Assembly (NCBI GenBank): GCA_047601695.1
Contig: JASGIW010000001.1
Span: 46,525 to 110,524, forward strand
DNA: 64,000 bases
Source of the DNA: Propionivibrio sp.
GTDB lineage: Bacteria > Pseudomonadota > Gammaproteobacteria > Burkholderiales > Rhodocyclaceae
Direction: 5' to 3'
Shown one piece after another: positions 20,227 through 33,099 of this stretch. The translations under genes and the position numbers were made by a program. Numbering within the stretch: the first letter of the stretch is position 1; every line of letters starts with the position of its first letter. Below the pieces are notes generated by a model. The model was not told where the DNA came from and did not search any database. It saw only the letters and a list, made by a program, of their open reading frames with translations.

Positions 20227-22134
20227 ATGGTCAATAGCGCGAGCGAAATGCTGATCGCCGCGACGATCGAGTTTCTGCGCTCCCACCCGCCGTTCGATCG
20301 CATGGAGGCGGATGCGCTGCGCTTTCTCGGCGAGCGCGTGAAGCTCGCCTACTACCCCAAGGACGTACAGATCATCACCCCCGGGTCCGGCATCGTCCCC
20401 GTCTTCCGCATCCTGCAGCGCGGCCAGGTCGTTGCGCGGCCAGCCGGCGATCTGGCGCTCGGCGAGCAGGCGTTGACGCTGGGGCCGGGAGAGGGCTTTC
20501 CGATCGGTTCGGCGATGGCGCAGCGGCCGTCGTCCAACGTCTATACGGCGATCAGCGATGTCTTCTGCTACGAATTGGCGGTCGCCGATTTCTTCCTGCT
20601 ACTGCAGAAGAGCGCCGTGTTCAATCTCTTTTGTACGCGATACATCGCCAGCCTGCTCAACCAGTCACGGCAACAATTGCAGACGCAGTTCTCGCAGCGC
20701 GTGGCCGAACAGCAGACGATGAATTCACCGTTGGCGTCGGTCATCAAGCGGCCGCCGATTTCGGTCCGGCGTGGAACGCCGGTGCGCAGCGTGGTCGAAA
20801 CGATGGCGGAGCGCACGATCGGTTCGATGATCGTGGTCGATGATGACGAAAAGCCGGTCGGCATTTTCACGCAATCAGACGTCCTGAAGCGCATCGTGCT
20901 GCCCGGTGCCTCGCTCGACCAGCCGATCGAAGTGCTCATGTCGCCGCATCCGCACACCTTGCCGCTGGCGGCGACCGCCTACGATGCCGCGCTGGCGCTG
21001 GCCATGCATGGTGTTCGTCACGTGCTGGCGGTCGACGAGGGCGGGCGTCTGAAGGGTGTCGTCTCGGAGCGTGACCTGTTTGCGCTGCAGCGTGTCGGTT
21101 TGCGGCAAATCCGGCAGACGATCGATTCGGCGGCCAACATCGATATGCTGCTGCAGGCCAGCCACGACGTGCGCCAGCTATCGCTCAACATGCTGGCGCA
21201 GGGCGTTGGCGCCGAGCAGATCACGCAGTTCATCTCGGCACTCAACGACACGCTGACGCGCCGCATCATCGCGCTCAATCTCGAGCGTCACGACCTGTTC
21301 GGCATCGAATGGACGTGGCTGTCCTTCGGCTCGGAAGGGCGCGACGAGCAGACCTTCAGCACCGACCAGGACAACGGGATCGTCTTCCTGTGCACCGACA
21401 TCATGGATCGCGAGCAGACCCAGTTGCGCCTCCTCGATTTCGCGCGCGACGTGAATGCCGACCTGGACCGCTGCGGTTTCCCGCTGTGCGTCGGCAAGAT
21501 CATGGCGAGCAACCCTGACCTCTGCCTGACGCTCGAGGAATGGGAGGAAAAATTCGCCGCCTGGGTGCGCAATCCAGAGCCGGTCGCCTTGCTCAACGCC
21601 ACCATCTTCTTCGATTTCCGGCCGCTGTTCGGTCATGTCAACCTGGCCGAACGGATGCGTATCGCGCTCCTGCGCCAGACGCGCGGGAATCCGCTGTTCC
21701 TGCGCATGTTGGCCGCCAATGCCTTGAGCGTCGCGCCGCCGCTCGGGAAGATCCGCGATTTCGTGACCGACGACGATCCCGAACATCCGGGCTGCATCGA
21801 TCTCAAGAAGTTCGGTTCGCGGCTCTTCATCGACGCCGCGCGCGTGTTCGCGCTGGGCCACGACGTGTCGGCGACCAACACGGTACAGCGGCTCAAACAG
21901 ACGGGCGCGGTAATGAACGTCTCGCCGGAGGAGGCGAGCGCGGCGATCGATGCTTTCAATTTCGTCCAGCTCATGCGCCTGCGCCACCAGCACTCGGAAC
22001 AGCGCCAAGGACGCGAAGGCGGAAACCTGATCCGGCCGGATGATCTGAACGAGGTCGAGCGGCGCATCCTCAAGGAGTCGTTCCGCCAAGCGCGCAAACT
22101 GCAGCAGCGCCTCAAGCTGGACTATCAGCTCTGA
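20227..22134 (+). CDS. cNMP-binding + CBS pair + DUF294 nucleotidyltransferase-like protein
   Basis: N-terminal cNMP-like fold (FLRSHPPFD, GEGFPIG); two CBS repeats (GIFTQSDV, GVVSERDL); NTase signature FGSEGRDEQTFSTDQDN; C-terminal DLKKFG. Confidence 0.9.
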   Translation: MVNSASEMLIAATIEFLRSHPPFDRMEADALRFLGERVKLAYYPKDVQIITPGSGIVPVFRILQRGQVVARPAGDLALGEQALTLGPGEGFPIGSAMAQRPSSNVYTAISDVFCYELAVADFFLLLQKSAVFNLFCTRYIASLLNQSRQQLQTQFSQRVAEQQTMNSPLASVIKRPPISVRRGTPVRSVVETMAERTIGSMIVVDDDEKPVGIFTQSDVLKRIVLPGASLDQPIEVLMSPHPHTLPLAATAYDAALALAMHGVRHVLAVDEGGRLKGVVSERDLFALQRVGLRQIRQTIDSAANIDMLLQASHDVRQLSLNMLAQGVGAEQITQFISALNDTLTRRIIALNLERHDLFGIEWTWLSFGSEGRDEQTFSTDQDNGIVFLCTDIMDREQTQLRLLDFARDVNADLDRCGFPLCVGKIMASNPDLCLTLEEWEEKFAAWVRNPEPVALLNATIFFDFRPLFGHVNLAERMRIALLRQTRGNPLFLRMLAANALSVAPPLGKIRDFVTDDDPEHPGCIDLKKFGSRLFIDAARVFALGHDVSATNTVQRLKQTGAVMNVSPEEASAAIDAFNFVQLMRLRHQHSEQRQGREGGNLIRPDDLNEVERRILKESFRQARKLQQRLKLDYQL

Positions 22135-22136
22135 TC

Positions 22137-22856
22137 ATGCGTTGGTTGAAAGTACTGTTTGGCGCAGCAACGAGCCGGCAGGCGGTCGATCTGACGCACG
22201 AGCAGCGCGAACTTATCGCCAACTGGCGGCAACTGCCGTCCTCCGACCTGAACGCGCCGCACGCGCAGCAGCGCTACGTCGTCGTCGATGTGGAAAGCAG
22301 CGGCCTGGACATGAAGAAGGACCGGCTGATTTCGATCGGCGCCGTGGCGCTGGTCGAGGGGCGACTGGACTTCAACGATGCCTTTCAGGTAATCCTGCGC
22401 CAGGCGCAGGTGAGCACGCACGCCAACATCCTGATCCACGGCATCGGCGGCTCGGCGCAGAGCGAGGGCGTCGATCCGGCGGAAGGTCTCCTGGCCTTCA
22501 TGCGGTATGTTGGCAAGGCCCCGTTGGTGGCCTACCATGCCTTTTTCGACCAGTCGATGATCGGCAAGGCGATGCGAGAGTATCTGGGCATGGAACCCGA
22601 TCTGCCGTGGATGGATCTCGCCTGGGTGCTGCCCGATCTGTTCAGTTTTCGTGGAGACGCCAACGTGCCGCTCGATGACTGGCTGCATCACTTTGGAATC
22701 GAGAACATTCAGCGCCATAACGCCGTGTCCGATGCCTTTGCGACGGCGAAACTGCTGCAAGTGGCGATCGCCGGCGGTCTGCCGAAAGGGGCGAATTCGC
22801 CGGCCAGTTTCATGCGCATCGAGAAAGCGCGCCGCTGGATGCACGAAAGCCGCTAA
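22137..22856 (+). CDS. DEDDh 3'-5' exonuclease (Pol III epsilon-like)
   Basis: VVDVESSGL, AYHAFFD, RHNAVSDA. Confidence 0.88.
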   Translation: MRWLKVLFGAATSRQAVDLTHEQRELIANWRQLPSSDLNAPHAQQRYVVVDVESSGLDMKKDRLISIGAVALVEGRLDFNDAFQVILRQAQVSTHANILIHGIGGSAQSEGVDPAEGLLAFMRYVGKAPLVAYHAFFDQSMIGKAMREYLGMEPDLPWMDLAWVLPDLFSFRGDANVPLDDWLHHFGIENIQRHNAVSDAFATAKLLQVAIAGGLPKGANSPASFMRIEKARRWMHESR

Positions 22857-22867
22857 GTCTTCTCCTC

Positions 22868-24917
22868 ATGCTTGAATCGACCGCTCAGCTCCGCCGTTCC
22901 TACGTGATCTATAGCGCGAGCTTCATCGCCTTCATTGCGACGCTCGCGGTGCTCGAGCGTTTCGGTCTGCCGCCGCGCTGGATCGGCTACGCGTTTCTCT
23001 TCCTGACCATCGCGTTGTATGCCAGCATCGGCATCCTGGCGCGCACTTCCAACGTGGTCGAGTACTACGTCGCCGGGCGCCGGATTCCCGCCGTCTTCAA
23101 CGGCATGGCGACCGCCGCCGACTGGATGAGCGCGGCGTCCTTCATCGGCCTCGCCGGAACGCTCTATCTGACCGGTTATCAGGGCCTGGCCTACGTCATG
23201 GGCTGGACCGGCGGTTTCGTGTTGGTCGCCTTGTTGCTGGCGCCGTACTTGCGCCGTTTCGGTCAGTACACGATCCCGGATTTCCTCGGCGCGCGTTATG
23301 GCGGCAATGCGGCGCGCCTCGTTGGCGTGGTCGCCGCCGTGCTCGCTTCCTTCGTTTACGTCGTTGCTCAGATCTATGGCGTCGGGCTGATTACCAGCCG
23401 TTTCGTCGGGCTGCAGTTCGAGATCGGCGTCTTTGTCGGCCTTGCCGGAATCCTGGTCTGCTCGTTCCTCGGCGGAATGCGCGCTGTCACTTGGACGCAG
23501 GCGGCGCAGTATCTCGTGCTGGTCGTCGCCTACGTCGTGCCGGTGGCGATGCTTTCGTACAAGACGACGGGCGTTCCCGTGCCGCAGACCATGTACGGCC
23601 AGGTGATGCAGCGGATCGAAGCGCTGGAGAAACGGATCGAGAACGATCCCGCCGACATTGAGGTGCGCCGGCTATTCCGCGAGCGTGCCGATGGTTATAC
23701 GGAAAGGATCGCCGGGCTGCCGCAGTCGCTGACCGAAGAACGTCGCCAGCTGGTCGGGCGGATCGATACCTTGAAGCGCGGCAACGTTGCGGTGCGCGAC
23801 GTGTTCGCACTCGAACGCCAGCGGCGCGAGTTGCCGAAGACGCCCGATGCCGCTCGCGACTACTGGTCTTCGTTGCAACAGCAAGCGGCTTCGCGCGGCC
23901 GGGCGCTCGTTCATCACGCCGAACCTTATCCGGGCCGTACCGAGGCAGAACGCAACGCCGCGCGCGTCAATTTCATCGCGCTCGTCTTCTGCCTGATGAT
24001 CGGCACGGCCGCCTTGCCACATATATTGATGCGCTACTACACGACGCCCAGCGTGCGCGAGGCGCGCAACTCGGTATTCTGGTCGCTGCTCTTCATCCTG
24101 GCGCTTTATCTGACCGCGCCGGCCTACGCGGTGTTTGCCAAGTTCGAGATCTATTCCAACCTGGTGGGGTCGGCGATCGCACAGCTGCCGAACTGGGTGA
24201 GTTCGTGGGGGAAGCTCGGGCTGGTTTCGATCGAGGACATCAACGGCGACGGTCTCCTGCAACTCGCGGAACTGGCGCTGAACCCGGACGTGATCGTCCT
24301 GGCTACGCCCGAAATTGCCGGCTTGCCATATGTGATTTCGGGGTTGGTCGCGGCCGGCGCCATGGCGGCTGCGCTATCGACCGCCGACGGCTTGTTGCTG
24401 ACGATCACTGGCGCCTTGTCGCACGACGTCTATTACAAGATCCTGCGCCCGAACGCATCGACGCATTGGCGACTCGTCATTTCGAAGACCCTGCTGCTCG
24501 TCGTCGCCGTACTGGCTGCCGCGGTGGCTTCGCAAAAACCGGCGACGATCCTCTTCATGGTCGCCTGGGCGTTCTCGCTGGCCGGCGCGGCCTTCTTCCC
24601 GGCGCTGGTGCTCGGCATCTTCTGGAAGCGGGCGAACAAGGCCGGCGCCGTCAGCGGCATGGTGGTCGGACTGCTCGTGACCGTGTATTACATGGTGCGT
24701 GTCCAGTTCGACGCAATTCCCTGGTTGGGGTTGTACGGCATCGGCATGGAACCCTGGCTTGGGATTCAGTCGAACGTCCGCGGGAATATGGGGCGTGGCC
24801 GCGGGATTCGTAAGCATCGTGCTGGTCAGCCTGCTGACCGATCCGCCAAGCCACGAAGTGCAGGGATTCGTCGAGCGCGTCCGTTCGCCCGAGACTTTCG
24901 GACAGGAAGGGCTGTGA
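22868..24917 (+). CDS. Large sodium:solute symporter, ActP-like (VC_2705-type); frameshift near 24773
   Basis: NGMATAADWMSAASFI, GTAALPHILMRYYT, AALSTADGLLL, LGIFWKRAN; extra A in TCGAACG; true C-terminus ...ETFGQEGL*. Confidence 0.88.
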
Positions 24918-25186
24918 TGTCGTCAGCCGAAAAACAGCGAGCCTACTGGCGGCGGACGTCGCGGCTTACCATGGCGCTGCTCGTGATCTGGCTTCTCGTG
25001 ACACTCGGCGTCTGCTTTTTTGCGCGCGAACTCAACGAAATCACTGTTTTCGGCTTTCCATTGGGGTTTTACATGAGCGGGCAGGGCGCCTTGGTGATCT
25101 ATGTCTTGATCGTCGGCTATTTCGCGCGAAGCATGAACGCCATTGACGAGAAGCACGTCGCTCGTCATGCGGAGCGTGACGAGTAG
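24917..25186 (+). CDS. DUF4212/DUF485 small membrane partner of SSS symporters
   Basis: AYWRRT, GFPLGFYMSGQGALVIY; ATG overlaps the symporter TGA. Confidence 0.88.
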   Translation: MSSAEKQRAYWRRTSRLTMALLVIWLLVTLGVCFFARELNEITVFGFPLGFYMSGQGALVIYVLIVGYFARSMNAIDEKHVARHAERDE

Positions 25187-25215
25187 ATCGCGCGCGACAC
25201 CGTCACCGTGGCCTG

Positions 25216-25224
25216 TGGTAGTAT
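25216..25224 (+). promoter_or_regulatory. Extended -10 promoter of the SRP RNA gene
   Basis: TG-G-TAGTAT ending 7 nt before the RNA 5' end. Confidence 0.5.
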
Positions 25225-25231
25225 TCGCGCC

Positions 25232-25326
25232 GGCGGGTCTCCCCGCATTGCGGCGTAGTGAACCTGGTCAGGTCCGGAAGGAAGCAGCCACAACTATTTT
25301 CCGTGAGTGCCGGGGTAAGGCTCGCC
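25232..25326 (+). ncRNA. ffs: Signal recognition particle 4.5S RNA
   Basis: Helix-8 motif GTCAGGTCCGGAAGGAAGCAGC; ends GGCGGG / CTCGCC pair; T-rich tail follows. Confidence 0.95.
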
Positions 25327-25381
25327 ATTTTCTTTGGCGCGCCGGCGTATTTCCGGGAGGCGGACAGGTTTCCGACAGAAG

Positions 25382-26260
25382 CTAGCCGGCAGACTTGCCG
25401 GGCTCCATAACCGATTGCAGAAGCATGAAGCGATGAACGGCTTCGTCCGGGACGCCAAGACGATGCAGCAGCGTTTGTCGATCGATGTGCAGAAGCCGCT
25501 CGATTGCCGAAAAATCGTCCGGCAATGCGGCATTGCTCCAGTCGTCGGTCGAATGACGGGCCAGATTTACGGCCAAAGTCACGTTCTGTACGCGCGGTAG
25601 ATGCGCGTTGGAGTCGTCCATCAGGGTATTCAACAGTTCCGGCAAATGCCAACTGGCGCACAGCGCCTTTTGCAGATCAAGAAGCGGGAAGCCCAGAACC
25701 TCCTGTTGCGCGACGTGGCTGCGTAGTGTCTTGTCTTTCTGCAACCTGTCGCGGATTTCTGAAGCCGACTTTGGCGCGAAGCACCATAACAGGATTTCCG
25801 CAAGGTCATGGAGCAACGCGGCAAGCGTGACTTCCTCGATATTCATGTCGTGGCGCTCAAAGGCCCAGTCGTGCGCATAACGGGACGCGCGCTGCACGCG
25901 TCGTATGACCTGCAATACACCGAGCAGCGCCTGCGGCTCCTCCCTCAACGCCGCCTCGATGGTGTTGGGAGTTTCGAGCTTCCTGAAAAACGGTTCGATG
26001 CCGAGCATCATGACTGCGTTGGCAATGGTTGTGATATCCGAGCGCAGATGCTTGCCAGTGAAAGGCTGAATGTAGGCCAATACGCGAACGGCCATCAGCG
26101 GATCCTGCAATACGATGTTGGTGATGTCTCGGCCGCTGATCGTCTCCAGGTGCTGCCTGGATTGCTCAAGTTTTCGCGCCGTCTGCCGGAGGATCGGCAT
26201 TTCGTTGTCGCTAAGAAATGCAACCCAATCGTCGATATTTTTCAGTGAGCGTTCGATCAT
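25382..26260 (-). CDS. HDOD domain protein
   Basis: IVLQDPLMAVRVL, AALLHDLAEILL, LCASWHLP. Confidence 0.88.
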   Translation of the reverse strand: MIERSLKNIDDWVAFLSDNEMPILRQTARKLEQSRQHLETISGRDITNIVLQDPLMAVRVLAYIQPFTGKHLRSDITTIANAVMMLGIEPFFRKLETPNTIEAALREEPQALLGVLQVIRRVQRASRYAHDWAFERHDMNIEEVTLAALLHDLAEILLWCFAPKSASEIRDRLQKDKTLRSHVAQQEVLGFPLLDLQKALCASWHLPELLNTLMDDSNAHLPRVQNVTLAVNLARHSTDDWSNAALPDDFSAIERLLHIDRQTLLHRLGVPDEAVHRFMLLQSVMEPGKSAG

Positions 26261-26530
26261 AGGTTTCGACTTCAATAGTTGGACGAAAAATACACGCTAG
26301 TGCTTTGATTTGACGATAGAGTTGCCTGTGTCGAGGTGCTACTATGCACGAGCCGAAGAGAGTCGGCAATCGCTTTGCCGGTTCGTGCCTGCCGCGTGGC
26401 GGGCACAATTTGCGATACTGCGCGTTTACGGCAAAGGCAGCCGACTCTTGGTACAATAAAAAGTTGTCCGAGGATTCCGCCGGATTCGTTAACCTTCGCC
26501 CTTTCTCGTCTTTCTCTGGAGTCAAGAACC

Positions 26531-26959
26531 ATGGCCGTCGAACGTACTCTCTCCATCATCAAGCCTGATGCTGTCGCAAAGAACGTGATCGGGAAGATCT
26601 ATTCCCGATTTGAAACCAATGGCTTGAAAGTCGTGGCCTCGAAGATGGTCTGGCTATCGCCGCAAGAAGCAGGGGCGTTTTATGCGGTGCATAAGGAGCG
26701 TTCCTTCTTCAAGGAATTGGTGGCGTTCATGACTTCCGGTCCGGTAATGATCCAGGTGCTTGAAGGCGAGAGCGCCATTGCGAAGAATCGTGAATTGATG
26801 GGTGCGACCGATCCGGCCAAAGCTGCGCCGGGAACGATCCGCGCCGATTTTGCCTCGTCGATCGACGCGAATGCCGTGCATGGATCCGATGGCCCCGAAA
26901 CGGCAAAAGTTGAAGTCGCGTTCTTTTTTCCGGAAATGAACGTCTACTCGGGCCGCTGA
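26531..26959 (+). CDS. ndk: Nucleoside diphosphate kinase
   Basis: [24 protein letters not shown]. Confidence 0.97.
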   Translation: MAVERTLSIIKPDAVAKNVIGKIYSRFETNGLKVVASKMVWLSPQEAGAFYAVHKERSFFKELVAFMTSGPVMIQVLEGESAIAKNRELMGATDPAKAAPGTIRADFASSIDANAVHGSDGPETAKVEVAFFFPEMNVYSGR

Positions 26960-26986
26960 AGCACGTTCAGGCAGAAATAACTCATA

Positions 26987-28084
26987 GTGGCCATCAATCT
27001 TCTCGACTTCGATGCGACGGGACTCGTCGCTTTCTTCGCTGAACAAGGCGAGAAACCTTTTCGCGCCAGGCAAGTGCTGCGTTGGATCCATCGCTTCGGT
27101 CAATCCGATTTCAATGCCATGACCGATATCGCGAAGAGCTTGCGTGAGAAGCTCCTGGCGGATGCGGTTGTTTTGCCCCCCGCGATCGTGTCGGACAAGT
27201 TGTCGGACGACGGTACGCGCAAGTTCCTGTTCGACGTCGGTGGCGGGAACGCGGTGGAAACCGTCTTCATTCCCGAAGACGATCGCGGGACGCTGTGTGT
27301 TTCGACACAGGCCGGCTGTGCTCTAGATTGCGCTTTCTGCTCGACCGGGAAACAGGGCTTCAATCGCAATCTCACCGTTGCGGAAATAATCGGTCAATTG
27401 TGGCAAGCCAACCGGGCGTTGGGTGCCGATGCAAAGGGCGAGCGCATCATCAGCAACGTGGTGCTGATGGGTATGGGTGAGCCGCTGGCGAATTTCGATA
27501 ACACGGTGATGGCTCTCAGGTTGATGCTCGACGACAACGCGTACGGTTTGTCGCGGCGGCGGGTGACCGTTTCGACATCGGGCCTGGTGCCGGCCATGGA
27601 TCGTCTCGGCGACGAGTGCGCGGTGGCGCTTGCGGTCTCCTTACATGCGCCGAATGACCGGTTGCGCGATGAATTGGTGCCGATCAATCAGAAGTATCCG
27701 TTGCGCGAACTAATGGATGCATGTCGGCGTTACCTGAAGAAGGCGCCGCGTGATTTCGTGACATTCGAGTACGTCATGCTCGACGGCGTCAACGACTCCG
27801 ATGCGCATGCGCATGAACTGCTCCAACTCACACGAACGGTGCCGTGCAAGTTCAATCTGATTCCCTTCAACCCGTTTCCCGGCTCGTCGTATCGCCGATC
27901 GCCGCCCGTGCGCGTACGCCGGTTCGCGGAAATTCTGATGGGGGCGGGGGTCGTGACGACGACGCGCAAGACCCGTGGCGACGATATTGACGCGGCATGC
28001 GGCCAACTGGCCGGGCAAGTGCTCGACAAGACGAAGCGCTCGGCGCGTCAGGTGATTGGTTTACGCGAGGTCAGGACTCGATGA
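26987..28084 (+). CDS. rlmN: 23S rRNA/tRNA m2A methyltransferase
   Basis: CALDCAFC radical-SAM motif, [15 protein letters not shown]. Confidence 0.96.
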   Translation: MAINLLDFDATGLVAFFAEQGEKPFRARQVLRWIHRFGQSDFNAMTDIAKSLREKLLADAVVLPPAIVSDKLSDDGTRKFLFDVGGGNAVETVFIPEDDRGTLCVSTQAGCALDCAFCSTGKQGFNRNLTVAEIIGQLWQANRALGADAKGERIISNVVLMGMGEPLANFDNTVMALRLMLDDNAYGLSRRRVTVSTSGLVPAMDRLGDECAVALAVSLHAPNDRLRDELVPINQKYPLRELMDACRRYLKKAPRDFVTFEYVMLDGVNDSDAHAHELLQLTRTVPCKFNLIPFNPFPGSSYRRSPPVRVRRFAEILMGAGVVTTTRKTRGDDIDAACGQLAGQVLDKTKRSARQVIGLREVRTR

Positions 28085-28896
28085 AAGTGATGGGGTTGCA
28101 AAAGCTATCAGTCTGTGTGTGCTTGTTGTGCGTTGCCATTCTTTCTGCTTCGACGGCGCGGGGCCAGAATCAAAACTCGAACGCGACGTCAACGGACAGC
28201 ACGACAATCTCCGGGAAGCCCAAGGATATCGTTACGCGAGCCAAGTTGCATACCGAGCTGGGGGCGCTGTACTTTCAGACTGGGAATCTCATCGTTGCCC
28301 TTGAGGAACTGACTATCGCGACATCCATCAATCCTGACTATGCTCCAGCCTACAGCACGCGCGGCCTGGTGCTGTACTACGTCAAGGAGCTTGCGTCGGC
28401 GGAAAGCGACTTTAAGCGTGCGCTGAGCATTGCCGAGAACGATCCGGAGATCAACAACAACTACGGCTGGTTTCTGTGTCAGACGGGAAAGGAAAGGGAG
28501 TCGATTCCGTATTTTGACAAGGCAATGAAGAACCCGCTGTACCAGACGCCGGCTTTGGCTTATTTGAATGCCGGGGCGTGCTACATAAAGCTCAAGGAAC
28601 TCGATATTGCCGAGGAGCATATACGGAAGAGCTTGCGCCTCATGCCGGAGAATCCCCAAGCGCTGTTTCAGCTCGCGAAAATCCTTTACCTGAAAGGGAA
28701 TTTCGATGCGGCCAGGGAATACCTGAAGAATGTGACGCGGTCCGGCGAGCCGAACGCCGAAATGCTTTGGTTGTACCTCAGAGTCGAACGCCGTCTTGGT
28801 GATAATTCGGCCGAGAACAGTCTTGCCGCGCAATTGCGGCGCAAGTATCCGGATTCTCCGGAGTATCAGGAGCTATTGCGGGGGAATTTCGAATGA
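28081..28896 (+). CDS. pilW: Type IV pilus biogenesis TPR protein PilW/PilF
   Basis: TPR repeats, [17 protein letters not shown]; conserved position after rlmN. Confidence 0.88.
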   Translation: MKVMGLQKLSVCVCLLCVAILSASTARGQNQNSNATSTDSTTISGKPKDIVTRAKLHTELGALYFQTGNLIVALEELTIATSINPDYAPAYSTRGLVLYYVKELASAESDFKRALSIAENDPEINNNYGWFLCQTGKERESIPYFDKAMKNPLYQTPALAYLNAGACYIKLKELDIAEEHIRKSLRLMPENPQALFQLAKILYLKGNFDAAREYLKNVTRSGEPNAEMLWLYLRVERRLGDNSAENSLAAQLRRKYPDSPEYQELLRGNFE

Positions 28897-29843
28897 CGGG
28901 GTCGCTTTCTTCCGGGAACCCAGACGGGCGAATGAAGAATGATTCAAACAGCTTTGCCGGTGATGATGCAGATTTGGTTGTCGGCGCGTCGCCGCATCAA
29001 GCGACAGTCCGGCCCAGCGTTGGCCAGCAACTCCAGATCGGACGGGAACGCAGCGGCATGTCGGTCGACGACGTCGCGCGAGCGCTCAAACTGAGTACCC
29101 GCCAGGTCGAATCGCTGGAAGACAGCGATTGGGGGCGTCTGCCGGGTAAAACCTTGATTCGCGGTTTTGTACGCAATTACGCGCGCCTGGTCGGACTTGA
29201 CGGACAAGTTCTCATGTCGGAGTTGGAAGGCGCGACTTTGCCCAAATCGCCTGAATTGCGTGGCGCGCTTGGAACGCCGGTAAGCATGCCGAAGGAAGGG
29301 AAGTCTGATCGCAGGGATGTGTTCCGGGTGTTGGCCGGCGTGCTCGTCTTGATTCTGGCCGTGTTGGCCTACTTCTTTCTGCCGGCCGATATCTGGCAGT
29401 CGACCGTGCAGGCCTTCAATGCCGCATCGCAGTCGAATCAGGCGGAGGTTGACGTTGCGTCAGAACCATCGTCAGCGCCGTTCGAGGCGCCGCCGGTGTC
29501 TGCGGAGACAAACGAACCGGTGCCGACGGAGCCGCCGATTGTTCCACCTGGCACGGCAAGTGAAGCAATTCCAGAGATTCCCGCCCCGGTTGCCGAGACA
29601 CCGGTTGCCAACGTTCTGAAGTTCAGTTTCGCTCAACCCTCCTGGGTTGAAGTACGCGATCGAAACGGTCAGGTCATCTTCTCGCAAAGGAATCCTGGCG
29701 GAAGCCAGCGCGACATCGAGGGTCAACCTCCCTTTTCGGTGGTTATCGGAAATGCGGCGCACGTTACCCTGCAGTACAAGGGGAGCGCCGTTGACCTGTC
29801 CAAGCGCAGCAAGGACGACGTGGCACGCGTGACGGTCGAGTAA
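28893..29843 (+). CDS. rodZ: Cell-shape protein RodZ
   Basis: N-terminal HTH ([12 protein letters not shown]), one TM, C-terminal SWVEVRD...PFSVVIGNA. Confidence 0.9.
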   Translation: MTGSLSSGNPDGRMKNDSNSFAGDDADLVVGASPHQATVRPSVGQQLQIGRERSGMSVDDVARALKLSTRQVESLEDSDWGRLPGKTLIRGFVRNYARLVGLDGQVLMSELEGATLPKSPELRGALGTPVSMPKEGKSDRRDVFRVLAGVLVLILAVLAYFFLPADIWQSTVQAFNAASQSNQAEVDVASEPSSAPFEAPPVSAETNEPVPTEPPIVPPGTASEAIPEIPAPVAETPVANVLKFSFAQPSWVEVRDRNGQVIFSQRNPGGSQRDIEGQPPFSVVIGNAAHVTLQYKGSAVDLSKRSKDDVARVTVE

Positions 29844-29845
29844 GA

Positions 29846-31107
<1,262 letters not shown>

Positions 31108-31111
<4 letters not shown>

Positions 31112-32410
31112 GCCAATATATCCAGTCCGTGCGCGGGATGAACGATATCCTGCCGGGCGAATCAGAATTGTGGGAGCTCTTTGAGGAGACGGTTCGTTCG
31201 TGGCTCAAGAGCTACGGCTACAAACCGATCCGCTTGCCGATCGTCGAACCGACGCCTTTGTTCAAGCGGGCAATCGGAGAAGTGACCGATATCGTCGAAA
31301 AGGAGATGTATTCGTTTACCGACAGCCTGAACGGCGAATTGCTGACCTTGCGTCCGGAAGGCACCGCCGGTTGCGTGCGCGCGCTGATCCAGCACAAACT
31401 GGCCGCGCAGCATCCACAGCGCCTTTATTACATGGGACAGATGTTCCGGCACGAACGGCCGCAGAAGGGGCGTTACCGTCAATTCAACCAGGTGGGGGTC
31501 GAGGCGTTCGGTTTCAGTGGCCCAGATATTGATGCTGAGCTCATTCTCATGGGGGCCAGGCTCTGGGATGACCTTGGGCTGGATGATGTCAAGCTGCAGT
31601 TGAATTCGCTCGGACAACCCGGCGAGCGTGCCAAGCATCGCGCCGAACTCATTGCTTACTTCGAAAAATACGGCGACCTGCTCGATGAGGACGCGCGACG
31701 TCGCCTGCATTCCAACCCGCTGCGCATTCTGGACAGCAAGAATCCGACAATGCAGGAGATAATCGCCGGCGCGCCGAAGCTGATGGACCATCTGGGCGTT
31801 GAATCGATGGCGCACTTCGACGGCGTGCAGCAGGTTCTGCGCGATGCCGGTTTGCCGTTCGAAATCAACCCGCGTCTGGTGCGCGGCCTCGATTACTACA
31901 ATCTGACCGTGTTCGAATGGGTGACGGATCGTCTTGGTGCGCAGGGTACCGTGTGTGCGGGCGGGCGTTATGACGGCCTTGTCGAACAGTTGGGTGGTAA
32001 AGCAACGCCTGCGTGCGGTTTTGCGATGGGCGTCGAGCGACTGGTTACCTTGATTCGCGAGTCGGGTGGTGAGCCCGAGACTCCTGGGCCCGATGTTCTA
32101 CGTGGTGCATCAGGGCGATGCTGCCTCTCGCTTGGCGCCGCGCGTCGCGGAAGGACTGCGTGACCAGGGCATTGATGTCCTCTTCCATTGCGGCGAGGGC
32201 GGTTTCAAGTCGCAGATGAAGAAGGCCGATGCTTCGGGTGCAACCTTTGCGGTCATCATTGGTGACGACGAGGCGAACGCGGGTGAAGTGACGCTGAAGC
32301 CATTACGCTCCAATGGGGGCGGGGGCGTACAAAACGAACAGAAACGCGTCAGCCTCGATCAGGTGGCGGATGAAATCATGAACTCATTTTTGGATTGGGA
32401 AGAAGCGTAA
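31108..32410 (+). CDS. hisS: Histidyl-tRNA synthetase (frameshift near 32095)
   Basis: [28 protein letters not shown]; anticodon domain (KKADASGA) in the shifted frame. Confidence 0.95.
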
Positions 32411-33099
32411 TGGCGACCTACGACCTCGAAGAACAGGAACAACTAGCCGAGATCAAGGCTTGGTGGAAACAGTACGGAAACCTGCTGATCAATATTCTGT
32501 TGGCGGCGATGCTGGCGGTTGCGGCTTGGCAGGGTTGGAACTGGTATCAGTGCAACCAGGCCGGCCAATCCGCTGCCGTTTACAGTGTTTTGCAGAAAGC
32601 GGTCCAGGAAAAGGATTTGCAGAAGGTGAAGGCCGCGAGCGGCGAATTGCTCGAAAAATTCGGAAGCACGAGCTACGCCTCGCTGGGAGCGTTGTCCGCC
32701 GCCAAAGCACTGGTTGAGGCGGACGACGCGAAGACCGCGAGATTGCAGTTGTCCTGGGTCGTCGAAAACGGCAAGGATGAGTTCCGTGATCTGGCTCGCC
32801 TGCGTTTGGCGACGCTACTGCTCGATGACAAGGAATTCGATCAAGCGCTCAAGCAGCTTGAAGGAACGATTGGTTCGAGCTTGGAGATTCGCTTCATTGA
32901 AATGAAGGGCGATATTTACAGTGCGCAGAACAAGAAGACCGAAGCTGCCGGCGCTTACCAATCCGCGCTTGAAAAACTGAAGAGTTCAGACAAGAACGCT
33001 GGCAATGCCGCCATTCCCCAAGGTTTGCAGGGACAATCGTCGGCAGTCTATCAGCAGCTTCTCCAGCAAAAACTCGACTCGCTCGGCGGAGGACAGTAA
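32410..33099 (+). CDS. yfgM: YfgM family TPR membrane protein
   Basis: YDLEEQEQL...WWKQYG, ARLRLA. Confidence 0.9.
   Translation: MATYDLEEQEQLAEIKAWWKQYGNLLINILLAAMLAVAAWQGWNWYQCNQAGQSAAVYSVLQKAVQEKDLQKVKAASGELLEKFGSTSYASLGALSAAKALVEADDAKTARLQLSWVVENGKDEFRDLARLRLATLLLDDKEFDQALKQLEGTIGSSLEIRFIEMKGDIYSAQNKKTEAAGAYQSALEKLKSSDKNAGNAAIPQGLQGQSSAVYQQLLQQKLDSLGGGQ

Noticed and set aside
22868-25186. Symporter-DUF4212 fusion (772-aa ORF)
   Set aside because: Produced by the +1 indel near 24773; the corrected frame ends at TGA 24915-24917, overlapping the DUF4212 ATG.
25232-25381. ffs as an integration site
   Set aside because: No integrase or duplicated ffs 3' end seen in the window.
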